Assembly (NCBI GenBank): GCA_002722995.1
Contig: PBNF01000023.1
Span: forward strand, 14,495 to 78,494
DNA from: Legionellales bacterium
GTDB lineage: Bacteria > Pseudomonadota > Gammaproteobacteria > Comchoanobacterales > Comchoanobacteraceae
DNA: 64,000 nt
Reading direction: 5' to 3'
Shown here: in pieces, positions 32,313-40,974 of the stretch
Layout: each line of letters opens with the position of its first letter
Position numbering within the stretch: the first letter of the stretch is position 1
Translations under genes and position numbers: made by a program
Notes under the pieces: model-generated
The model's database searches: none
Seen by the model: the letters and a program-made list of their open reading frames with translations, nothing else
What the model was told of the DNA's origin: nothing

Positions 32313-32342
32313 ATTATATTTATATTAACATTTTAATATTAA
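32313..32342 (-). promoter_or_regulatory. Putative promoter: TATAAT (32318..32313) preceded by direct repeats TTAATATT (32342..32335) and TTAATATA (32328..32321)
   Basis: Read on the minus strand immediately upstream of the two-small-ORF cassette. The repeat period is 14 bp. Confidence 0.3.
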
Positions 32343-32655
32343 GGTAAGATAAAGTTGTTGATCGTTTATATATGGATTTCAAGAGGGTGCTGATGATTCA
32401 GGCGTTTGAATAGAAGCTTGAATATGGATCCTCTAATGTCCTGTTTTGATCAGGTGTGTTTATTGAAAGTTAGGGATGAAGACAGATTTAACTTAAAAGG
32501 GTCAGTATGATTTCAATCATGCCGTTCTATTGTAGATGAAATATCATCAATTGAAGTTATATTCTAGATCATCTCACAATCATCTGCTTTTGAGTAGCAT
32601 CGATACATCATTCAACATAGCTTGACCTTGACATTGTTGGATGAATCGGATGATC

Positions 32656-33462
32656 TCATTCAATTAGGTTTTTTTGATTTGAATCACTCGGGCGTAATTG
32701 ATCCTTTATTTCGTTTGATCTACGTGCTTGATTAGGGCTTGCGAATTGAGAATTAGATGAAGCTTCTAAATTTTTTGAGTCGATATTGAGTGTTTGATCA
32801 CTTATTACCAGTTTTCCTGAATGTGAATACATATCTTTAATGGCATGAAGATGATCGATCTTTTGAGCATTTCTCAAAATATAAGGTAAGCATGGAATTA
32901 GCATTAAAGCTAAAGTCATCAATGCGGTATCAAGGCTCCAAAGAGGGGCTTGTGTGAACTGAGTGATGTGATGGATGACCACGTTAATCAAAGGTTGATC
33001 GAGTCTTTCCAGTGCTGAAAGTCCCAATGGAATGGCAAGCGCACTTCCGAATAATAGAACAGTCCATCGAGTGATTCGTTGTTGAGTTAAATTGAGTTGA
33101 GGGTCTACAATTTCATTCATTTGTGCTGAAGTTAATGTTTCCACTAAATTTAATAATACTTGATTTTCTTTAATGAGAGCACTCATTTGGATTGAGCTGA
33201 AAAACCAATAGCGAGCCTCTTGTTTTAATTTGGAATACTGTTGTTTAAAATAATCAATTATTGCTGTTGAATCATGTGTTGTATCCTTCGAAGTCTCATC
33301 TTGTTTTTTAAACAATTCAAATTGTTTATTAAGTTCATTAAACACATGATCTGAATCATCATCAGTGATCGGTGTGCCAATGCAAGCGCGTATCAACATT
33401 TCAAACATTTTTAGATTCAGTTGTTCTTTTTTCATAGTGCTCTCATTTATACTTTTAATCAT
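32656..33462 (-). CDS. Hypothetical membrane protein with two central TM segments (ORFan)
   Basis: 268-aa ORF. TM segments WTVLLFGSALAIPLGLSAL and LDTALMTLALMLIPCLPYIL. Charged N-terminus and polar C-terminus. Start uncertain (33462 or 33435). Confidence 0.55.
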   Translation of the reverse strand: MIKSINESTMKKEQLNLKMFEMLIRACIGTPITDDDSDHVFNELNKQFELFKKQDETSKDTTHDSTAIIDYFKQQYSKLKQEARYWFFSSIQMSALIKENQVLLNLVETLTSAQMNEIVDPQLNLTQQRITRWTVLLFGSALAIPLGLSALERLDQPLINVVIHHITQFTQAPLWSLDTALMTLALMLIPCLPYILRNAQKIDHLHAIKDMYSHSGKLVISDQTLNIDSKNLEASSNSQFASPNQARRSNEIKDQLRPSDSNQKNLIE

Positions 33463-33532
33463 AATAGATTAGTCTATCATCTGATACTTAAGATATACTT
33501 AATATTGTTTTAGATTCAGCAAGCGTCTTCAT

Positions 33533-34852
33533 ATGAAATCTTTTCAAATTAAACAAAGTGTGTGCTCAGGGAAAGTCCGGGTGCCTGCCTCAAAATCTCA
33601 TACATTACGTGCGATTTTATTGGCCAGTTTAGCCAGTGGAAAGAGCTTTATTCAGAATCCTTTACTCAGCCCTGATACAGCAGACATGATTCGAGCCTGC
33701 CAAACCATGGGGGCTGTGATTGAATGGATGGATGATACGCTTTGTATTCAAGGGGTTGCTGGATGTCCTATCTTTCAATCTCATGCCATTGATGTTGGGA
33801 ATTCAGGATTAGTGTACCGAATGATTACAGCACTGGCCGCGTTGTCTCCTGAATGGATCACCATTGATGGTGATGACTCAATTCGAACCCGTCGATTGAT
33901 TCAGCCTTTACTAGATTCGCTCATGACATTAGGGGCGCGTGTTGAATACTTAAAAGACAATGGTCATGCACCTTTTCGAATTAGGGGGCCGCTTCAATTG
34001 CATGAACATCATCGAGTAGAGATCACTTGTATAGATTCTCAACCTGCAACCGCTTTAATATTGTTAGCGGCATGTTTGCCTGAAGGATTAACATTAAATA
34101 TTTTGAAATGTCAAGAATGGCCCTGGTTGCATGTGACCTTTCATTGGTTAGATCAACTTAATATCTCATACACACGCCATCAATCTGAAGTTACAATCCA
34201 TCCATCTCAATGGATTCAAGGGTTTGATTATACTGTTCCAGGAGATTTCTCTTCAGCACTCTTTCCAATGTTAGGTGCTATTATCACAGGAGGTCAGGTT
34301 CAATTAGAGGGTTTAATCCCTGATGATCCACAAGGAGACCGTGCGGTCATTGACACTTTGATTGATTGGGGGGCATCGTGCCATTGGCAAGAGCAATCCT
34401 TGTATGTGAGTGCTCAATCTAGGCTGAGTGGAGGTGTGATCGACTTAAGAGGCTATATTGACGCATTGCCTGCCTTAATGATTTTAGGCAGTCAATGTCA
34501 TCAGGGTATTCAATTCACGCATTATCAGAGTGCGCGATTTAAGGAAAGTGACCGTGTTTACAGTGGTTTGAAGGGTTTGAATGCTTTGGGTGGACACGCC
34601 GTTCTAACGGATGAGTGTATTACGGTTCAACACAGTATGCTGACTGGAGGTGTTGAATTATCTGTTGAATCTGATCATCGTTTAGCCATGGCCTGGAGTA
34701 TTGCTGGGCTTGTTTCCGAAGCGCCTATTGTATTGAGAGGCATTGAATGTGTAGATAAAAGTTATCCAGGCTTTCATACCATGTTGGCTGAATGTGGCGT
34801 TGATATTATGATAACCCAGGATGAGTCAATCGATGAGGTGCAGGATGCGTGA
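33533..34852 (+). CDS. aroA: 3-phosphoshikimate 1-carboxyvinyltransferase (EPSP synthase)
   Basis: Motif VPASKSHTLRAILLASLASG. 439 aa with the two-domain EPSPS layout. Confidence 0.92.
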   Translation: MKSFQIKQSVCSGKVRVPASKSHTLRAILLASLASGKSFIQNPLLSPDTADMIRACQTMGAVIEWMDDTLCIQGVAGCPIFQSHAIDVGNSGLVYRMITALAALSPEWITIDGDDSIRTRRLIQPLLDSLMTLGARVEYLKDNGHAPFRIRGPLQLHEHHRVEITCIDSQPATALILLAACLPEGLTLNILKCQEWPWLHVTFHWLDQLNISYTRHQSEVTIHPSQWIQGFDYTVPGDFSSALFPMLGAIITGGQVQLEGLIPDDPQGDRAVIDTLIDWGASCHWQEQSLYVSAQSRLSGGVIDLRGYIDALPALMILGSQCHQGIQFTHYQSARFKESDRVYSGLKGLNALGGHAVLTDECITVQHSMLTGGVELSVESDHRLAMAWSIAGLVSEAPIVLRGIECVDKSYPGFHTMLAECGVDIMITQDESIDEVQDA

Positions 34853-34917
34853 TTTGTTTGACACTGAGGTGTTGAGGGGTGTGTTCTGCTATCATGTTGA
34901 TCTTAAGGAGTGGTTGT

Positions 34918-35406
34918 ATGGATTTAAAATCGACTGTTCGAGTGATTGGGGGGGTGAGTCGTGTAGGCAAGTCAACTTATGCGCGTACATTGGCAGCATG
35001 CTTAGGGCATGCCTACATTGATATGGATGAACAGTTATTAATGGTTTGGGGAGAGGCAGGTTCAATTCGAGATTGTTTTAATGCTTTGGGCGAATCAGCT
35101 TTTCGTGAGTTAGAAGCAGAGACTTACCTTCAATGGAAGCCTCAACCTGACAGCGTCATTGCGCTGGGTGGCGGTGCACTCTGTGATCGTGACATTTTAA
35201 AGCATACGAAAACTTGGGGCCAATGTGGTGTATTATGGCAGCCATTTCATATCATTCAACAACGTTGGAGTCATGATGCACCCATGGGGTTACACCCTAG
35301 ATTGTGGTATGATACGTATATTCAGCGAGTCCGTGCTTGCTGGGCCTGGAGTGTCTATCATTGGCCACATGACCCAACTGAACTGTGCGCTGATCATATT
35401 GAATGA
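34918..35406 (+). CDS. aroK: Shikimate kinase
   Basis: AAGGAG, 7 nt, then ATG 34918. Walker A GVSRVGKST. Motifs IDMDEQ, GESAFRELE and LGGGAL. About 162 aa. Confidence 0.8.
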   Translation: MDLKSTVRVIGGVSRVGKSTYARTLAACLGHAYIDMDEQLLMVWGEAGSIRDCFNALGESAFRELEAETYLQWKPQPDSVIALGGGALCDRDILKHTKTWGQCGVLWQPFHIIQQRWSHDAPMGLHPRLWYDTYIQRVRACWAWSVYHWPHDPTELCADHIE

Positions 35407-35422
35407 TTGGAGATGAATCAAC

Positions 35423-36526
35423 ATGGCAAGTAACGCATTCGGGCGCCTCTTTAAATATACAACATGGGGTGTTTCTCATGGCCCTTGTCTCGGGGTTGTC
35501 ATTGACGGATGTCCTCCAGGCGTTGAGCTTTCTGTTGACTTATTTGAGCATGCTTTATTAAAAAGACGGCCTGGCTTGCAAGCCTATACCTCACCACGTC
35601 AAGAATCTGATCAACCTAAGATTGTGTCAGGTGTATTGAATGGCGTGAGTACGGGTGACCCGATCAGTGTGGTGATCGACAATGATGATGTTGATTCAAG
35701 TCACTATACGGCGTCTCAAACATGTTATCGCCCTGGGCATGCGGATTATACCTATCATCAAAAATATGGGGTATATGATCCTCGTGGTGGAGGGCGTGCT
35801 TCAGCTCGAGAAACGGTAGGGCGTGTCATCGCAGGGGTTGTGGCTGCTCGTATTTTAGAGCGTTGGGGGGTTAAGGTGCAGGCTTATGTTCGAGGTGTGG
35901 GGGCACTGGAAGTCCCTGTGATTTGGGAGCATTCAACCTTTCAATCTTTACCCACACATCAGTGGCACCCAGATCCTGCTGTACAAGCTCAGTTTGAACA
36001 TGAATTAGCTCAAGTAGCTGAATCGGGCGATACCGTAGGTGGGTCTGTTGGATTTGGGGTGATCAATTGTCCGGTGGGATGGGGAGATCCTGTGTATGAA
36101 AAATTATCTGCACGGTTAGCGTATGCGCTTATGAGTATTCCTGCAGCTAAAGCATTTGCTCTGGGTGAGGGATTTAATGCACATGCCGCTCGAGGGCGTA
36201 CGCATAATGATGCCATGCAGCCTACATCTGAAGCGTCTGGTTTATTTAAGACAAATCATGCTGGCGGATTATTGGGAGGGATCAGTACGGGTGAAGTGAT
36301 TGAAGGTTATGTTGTGTTTAAGCCCATTTCTAGTGTGACAGGCATGCAGGCCACTGTGTCACATTCAGGGGAAGCGGTGCAGTATACTCGGCCTTTAACA
36401 GCACGACATGATCCTTGTGCTGTGATTCGAGCCGTCCCTGTGGTTGAGGCCATGGTAATGTGTGTGTTGGCTGATGCTGCATTAATGCATCAAGCTTTTT
36501 CAGATCCAACTGGAGTCAATCATTGA
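35423..36526 (+). CDS. aroC: Chorismate synthase
   Basis: Motifs FGRLFKYTTWGVSHG, RPGHADYTY and GGGRASARET. Confidence 0.94.
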   Translation: MASNAFGRLFKYTTWGVSHGPCLGVVIDGCPPGVELSVDLFEHALLKRRPGLQAYTSPRQESDQPKIVSGVLNGVSTGDPISVVIDNDDVDSSHYTASQTCYRPGHADYTYHQKYGVYDPRGGGRASARETVGRVIAGVVAARILERWGVKVQAYVRGVGALEVPVIWEHSTFQSLPTHQWHPDPAVQAQFEHELAQVAESGDTVGGSVGFGVINCPVGWGDPVYEKLSARLAYALMSIPAAKAFALGEGFNAHAARGRTHNDAMQPTSEASGLFKTNHAGGLLGGISTGEVIEGYVVFKPISSVTGMQATVSHSGEAVQYTRPLTARHDPCAVIRAVPVVEAMVMCVLADAALMHQAFSDPTGVNH

Positions 36527-37581
36527 GCGCACCTGTCGAAATTGCTGAGACGCTTTGTTTCAAATTACTGGATTCAATGCCCGTTTCACAATGGGCCTGT
36601 ATTACAGATACACATGTTGAGCAGACTGCTTTTTTTAAAGTTTGGTGGCAACAGCTTTCTCAATCATATTCAGTTCGTTTATATGTGATGCCAGCGGGAG
36701 AATCCTTTAAAAATCAAGAAACTAAGACTAAAATTGAGTGTCAAATGTTAGCCGATGGGTTGCGGCGTCAGGTAGGTATCATTGCGGTTGGAGGTGGGGT
36801 GGTGCTTGATGTGGCCGGATTCATCGCTCAAACGTTTTGTCGAGGGGTCCCCTGGATTTCATACCCTACAAGCTGGATGGCCATGGTAGATGTGTGTATC
36901 GGGGGTAAAACAGGGATTAATACCCCTTTTGGCAAAAATACTTTAGGGGCAATTTACCCAGCTCAACACTCAGTGATCCATTTAGATTGGTTAAAATCAT
37001 TACCGATGAGAGAGTATCAGTGGGCCTGTTCAGAAGTGGTTAAAATGGGGTTATTGTCGGGGGAGGTGCACTGGCGCTGGTTGAGTCGACACACCACTTT
37101 AATTCAATTACAAGATTACAGTGTTTTAAATGCATTATTACAATGGGTTTTAGCGCTCAAGTGGTCGTATGTGCAATCAGATTTAAAAGACCAGGGGCGT
37201 CGTAAGTTTTTAAATTTAGGTCATACCTTGGCACATGCCATTGAGCAAGTATCGACGTATCGTATCCCTCATGGACCTGCGGTTGCTTGGGGATTGTGCT
37301 TTGACTGCCAATTATCCATCCAATATTTGAATTTAAACCCTAGTTTAATGCCTGAATTAATCGAACAGCTGGCTCGTTTAGGGGCTTTAATGCCATTGGG
37401 TTCATTGGATATAGATGCATTGATCCAAGCGTGTTATCAAGATAAGAAAAATGATCAACAGGGTGTATTTTGGATTGGGTTATCTGCATTGGGGCAGCCA
37501 TCGCGCATTGCAGCTGTTGAGATGGAAGTTGTCAAACGCTGTATGATGGATCAGCTTCAATATGCGCAGTCATATACCTAA
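36523..37581 (+). CDS. aroB: 3-dehydroquinate synthase
   Basis: Motifs GGGVVLDVAGFIAQTF, GKNTLGAIYPA and LNLGHTLAHAIE. 4-nt overlap with aroC. Confidence 0.9.
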   Translation: MSAPVEIAETLCFKLLDSMPVSQWACITDTHVEQTAFFKVWWQQLSQSYSVRLYVMPAGESFKNQETKTKIECQMLADGLRRQVGIIAVGGGVVLDVAGFIAQTFCRGVPWISYPTSWMAMVDVCIGGKTGINTPFGKNTLGAIYPAQHSVIHLDWLKSLPMREYQWACSEVVKMGLLSGEVHWRWLSRHTTLIQLQDYSVLNALLQWVLALKWSYVQSDLKDQGRRKFLNLGHTLAHAIEQVSTYRIPHGPAVAWGLCFDCQLSIQYLNLNPSLMPELIEQLARLGALMPLGSLDIDALIQACYQDKKNDQQGVFWIGLSALGQPSRIAAVEMEVVKRCMMDQLQYAQSYT

Positions 37582-38207
37582 GATGATATCGCATCTTTGC
37601 TATATTGATCGATAGTTTCACACATCCATTCAAGTGCTTCCGGGTGCCATCCACCATCTGGAAGTGTTTGATGCGCATGTTGGGCCATGGGGAGAATATG
37701 TTCAATCATCATTGGGCGAACCGTTTGTTCATATTGTTTGAGTACAGAATCAGTGTTGCGTGCACGTTCAATGCAATCTCTTCGAATGCGCCTGAGTAAG
37801 CAAACATCAATTGGGGTGTTAATGAATACATGACATTGACCGAGTGCTCGAATGGCCGGGTGTGATAATAATAAAATGCCTTCAACTAAAATGACAGGGG
37901 CACTATGAACCGTGAACGTTTGATCGGTTCGAGTATGGGTTTTGAAATCATAATGAGGCGATTCAATCGATTTTCGTTGTTGTAACGCTTTTAAATGTTC
38001 AGTTAATAAATCGAATTCAAATGCATCCGGATGATCATAATTGAGAAGCCCTCGTTGCTCAAAGGGGCAGTTTGATTGATCTCGATAGTATGCATCAGCT
38101 CTTAAGATTTGAAGCTGTTCAGGGGCATAGAGTTGTCTCAGTTTCGACACTAATGCTGTTTTACCACTGCCTGAAGGGCCTGTAATAGTGATGATGTAAG
38201 GGGTCAT
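37578..38207 (-). CDS. udk: Uridine kinase
   Basis: P-loop ITITGPSGSGKT. Motifs YDHPDAFEFDLL and ILVEGILLL. I chose ATG 38207, 1 nt from the upstream smr stop. Confidence 0.88.
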   Translation of the reverse strand: MTPYIITITGPSGSGKTALVSKLRQLYAPEQLQILRADAYYRDQSNCPFEQRGLLNYDHPDAFEFDLLTEHLKALQQRKSIESPHYDFKTHTRTDQTFTVHSAPVILVEGILLLSHPAIRALGQCHVFINTPIDVCLLRRIRRDCIERARNTDSVLKQYEQTVRPMMIEHILPMAQHAHQTLPDGGWHPEALEWMCETIDQYSKDAISS

Positions 38208-38208
38208 A

Positions 38209-38754
38209 TCAATTCCTTTGTTTGAGTAGGACGTACAGGGCGCCTGTACCGCCATGTTGAGGTTGAGCAGAGCAAAATCCAAGTACGCTAGGATGGGTTT
38301 GAAGCCATTCATTGACACACATTTTTAGAACACCTTGAACGCCTTTGCCGTGAATGATGTGTACAATACGATATCGATAATTGAGGGCTTGTGATAACCA
38401 AGAAGCCAGTGCAGTTGAGGCTTGATCTTGAGTCATGCCATGTAGGTCAATACTGGATTCAATGTTCGATTGAGTCAAACGCTTGAGTGGTTTTAATGAT
38501 ACCCCCGATTTTGAGAATTTAAGGGGTTGATCTATATCAAAGTGATGATGATCAAAAGGGGCTCTAAAATGAAAGTGAACTGTCGTTTGAGGGTCGAACA
38601 CAGTATGAGGCGCTTTGATACGAACGGCAGGCTGTAAGTCTTCAGCTGTGTGTTTAAGGGGCGAGGTGCATTGATCTGGATCAAGAGGCATGACATGCTT
38701 CATGGCTTGTTCAAAGTAGGCTTGATCCTTTGATACTTGATCATCCGAAGGCAT
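38209..38754 (-). CDS. smrB: Smr-domain endonuclease (SmrB-like)
   Basis: Motifs IDLHGMTQDQA, IIHGKG and QPQHGGTGALYVLL. Length and layout resemble E. coli SmrB. Confidence 0.8.
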   Translation of the reverse strand: MPSDDQVSKDQAYFEQAMKHVMPLDPDQCTSPLKHTAEDLQPAVRIKAPHTVFDPQTTVHFHFRAPFDHHHFDIDQPLKFSKSGVSLKPLKRLTQSNIESSIDLHGMTQDQASTALASWLSQALNYRYRIVHIIHGKGVQGVLKMCVNEWLQTHPSVLGFCSAQPQHGGTGALYVLLKQRN

Positions 38755-38892
38755 GATGTTAGGGATCCATTAAAAACAGCCTAAGTGTACCAATATTGTT
38801 GAGGGAAGTCGAGTCTTGATCCTGCCTGTTTTTAAACCTATTTTAAAACTTAATCATTGACCTTGAGCGTGTTTGATTGAATCGCGCATTAA

Positions 38893-40035
38893 TTATAGAA
38901 ATAAAGCGACTAAATCATCTAAAAACCATCGGCCTCGTTCAGTTAATTCAAAGGATGTCTCATGATGAAGTAATAGTCCTTCTTTAAATGCTGTTTGCAT
39001 CGCGGGGAGTGTCGGATGGATTCCTGCAAATCGATTTGCAATGTTCCAGGGGATGGGTTGAAATAGCCGCAGGCGATTCAATAGAAATTCAAAAGGATAT
39101 TCTTGAGTTTGAATGGTTTTTGAGCACTCAATGGGTGAAGTGTGTTGCATATAACTTGTGGGGTGTTTATAGCGAACCCAACGCTGAGCAATGCCATTGG
39201 GGTCTGTTAACTTGCTGTGTGCGCCTGCACCAATCCCCAAGTAATCTCCAAATGACCAAACCCAGGTGTTATGTTGGCATTGAAATCCGGGTTTGCAGAA
39301 TGCAGAAATTTCATAGTGCTCAAAGCCTTGCTGAGCGAGATACGTTTGGCCTAGTGCAGTCCATTCAGCCCGTTGATCTCTAGAAGCACGTTGAGGAGGC
39401 TGATGTGCAAAAGCTGTATTGGGTTCAATTGTCAGTTCATACCAGCTGATATGTTGAAAACCAAGTTGAGTGGCTGTGAATAGATCATCCATAAGACTTT
39501 GTTCGGTTTGATGAGGGACTCCAAACATCAAATCAATATTGACACTTTCGAAATCTAAGTCTAGTGCGGTTTGACACGTGGCATAAGCTGTTTGGGCATT
39601 ATGAATGCGGCCTAAAGCCATTAATGCATCATCGTTAAAACTCTGAACACCTAAGGACAGTCGGTTGATGCCCGCATGATTAAAGCCTAATAATTTGGAT
39701 TGATCCAGTGTGCCAGGGTTGGCTTCTAAGGTGATTTCACATTCAGTTGGAATGGTCAGCGATTGATTGACATGTTCTAATATGGAGGCAATGCCTTCAG
39801 GAGCGCATAAGCTTGGCGTGCCACCTCCAAAAAAGATACTGATCAAGGGGGCGGGTGTTAGGGTCTTAAGGGTTTGTGTTAAGTCCGCTTTAAGGGCTTG
39901 AATATAGCGTTGTTCAGGCAGTGAGCCTTTGAGGGCATGAGCATTAAAATCACAGTAAGGGCAACGTTTGATGCACCATGGTAAGTGGATGTACAGTGCA
40001 AGTGCTTCATGAGGATGCTGAGCTAGTTGGGCCAT
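38893..40035 (-). CDS. hemW: Radical SAM heme chaperone HemW (HemN-like)
   Basis: CxxxCxxC motif in LPWCIKRCPYCDFN. GGGTPS motif. 380 aa. Confidence 0.88.
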   Translation of the reverse strand: MAQLAQHPHEALALYIHLPWCIKRCPYCDFNAHALKGSLPEQRYIQALKADLTQTLKTLTPAPLISIFFGGGTPSLCAPEGIASILEHVNQSLTIPTECEITLEANPGTLDQSKLLGFNHAGINRLSLGVQSFNDDALMALGRIHNAQTAYATCQTALDLDFESVNIDLMFGVPHQTEQSLMDDLFTATQLGFQHISWYELTIEPNTAFAHQPPQRASRDQRAEWTALGQTYLAQQGFEHYEISAFCKPGFQCQHNTWVWSFGDYLGIGAGAHSKLTDPNGIAQRWVRYKHPTSYMQHTSPIECSKTIQTQEYPFEFLLNRLRLFQPIPWNIANRFAGIHPTLPAMQTAFKEGLLLHHETSFELTERGRWFLDDLVALFL

Positions 40036-40613
40036 TCGGATCGAATCAAACTAAATAGCATTACATCAATAAATTCCCCTTTGAAAAATCGATATTTTCG
40101 AAGACAGGCTTCTTCTTTAAAGCCTAGTTTCTTTAACAAATTGATTGAAGGGGTATTATTGATTGTTGTATACGCTTCAATGTGCTGAACTTGCATCTGA
40201 TCAAATCCATACGTAAGGATTTGGCTCAGGGCTTGTGTCATAATGCCTTGGCGCCAATATTGAGGATTGAGGTCGTAGGCCAGTTCAAGTCGGCTGTGAA
40301 AGCGATGCCAAGCTTCGAATCCACAAGCGCCGATCATGGTGTTGGTGTCTTGTGCTGCAATGGTCCAATATACACTGCGTCTTCGGTTGTGTAAGTCTCT
40401 TAAAAATTGCAGTTCTTTTTTAGCGGCTTCTGCAGAACCGGGTAAGCATCCATCAGGAATGAACTCTTTCACCCCGGGTGCATTGAGGTAGGCATGATAT
40501 TCTGGGGCATCACTTAATTGGATGTCACGTAACATAAAATGCTCATTGATGCTTAAGTAAGGAAATGTCTTAAAAATACGATCACCCAGTGGATCTTTGG
40601 GTTTTGAAAACAT
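40023..40613 (-). CDS. GNAT family N-acetyltransferase (RimJ/RimL-like)
   Basis: Acetyl-CoA motif WRQGIMTQALSQILTYGF. About 196 aa from ATG 40613 (the ORF track starts at TTG 40676). 13-nt overlap with the hemW start. Confidence 0.8.
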   Translation of the reverse strand: MFSKPKDPLGDRIFKTFPYLSINEHFMLRDIQLSDAPEYHAYLNAPGVKEFIPDGCLPGSAEAAKKELQFLRDLHNRRRSVYWTIAAQDTNTMIGACGFEAWHRFHSRLELAYDLNPQYWRQGIMTQALSQILTYGFDQMQVQHIEAYTTINNTPSINLLKKLGFKEEACLRKYRFFKGEFIDVMLFSLIRSEWPN

Positions 40614-40974
40614 ACAATGCGTACTCAAATATAAAATAATATTCTGAACTGTTATGTGAAGATTGTCTAGTCTCAAAGCAGGTCAATCCCAGGTGGGTGG
40701 TTATATTTAAACAGGCTTTAGAGGTTGCCGACGGCATTGAAGCGCGCCTTCAACATTGATGGCTTCAACGGATCGCTAGACAAAGTGATTGAATCATTCA
40801 CTGATATTCTTAGAATATTTCAGTTCTAAATGATCTGTAGAGAAGCTTACCGTGTCGGTTGTCTTTTGATCAGGCAGTACTGACGTCAAACCAAAAAGAT
40901 GAAGGTTTCACTCCTGTGTCTATTGATGCTGATTCAATCACCTCACAGGATGATGGAATCATGTTGTTGACCGA

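Noticed and set aside
32321-32342. TTAATATT/TTAATATA repeats considered as a PmrA box of the kind reported upstream of Dot/Icm effector genes.
   Set aside because: The repeat period is 14 bp rather than the 11 bp I recall for the consensus. I keep it only as a generic candidate operator.
40730-40760. Inverted repeat TTGAAG-cgcgc-CTTCAA downstream of recD2, considered as a terminator.
   Set aside because: The stem is only 6 bp and there is no U-tract on the relevant (minus) strand.
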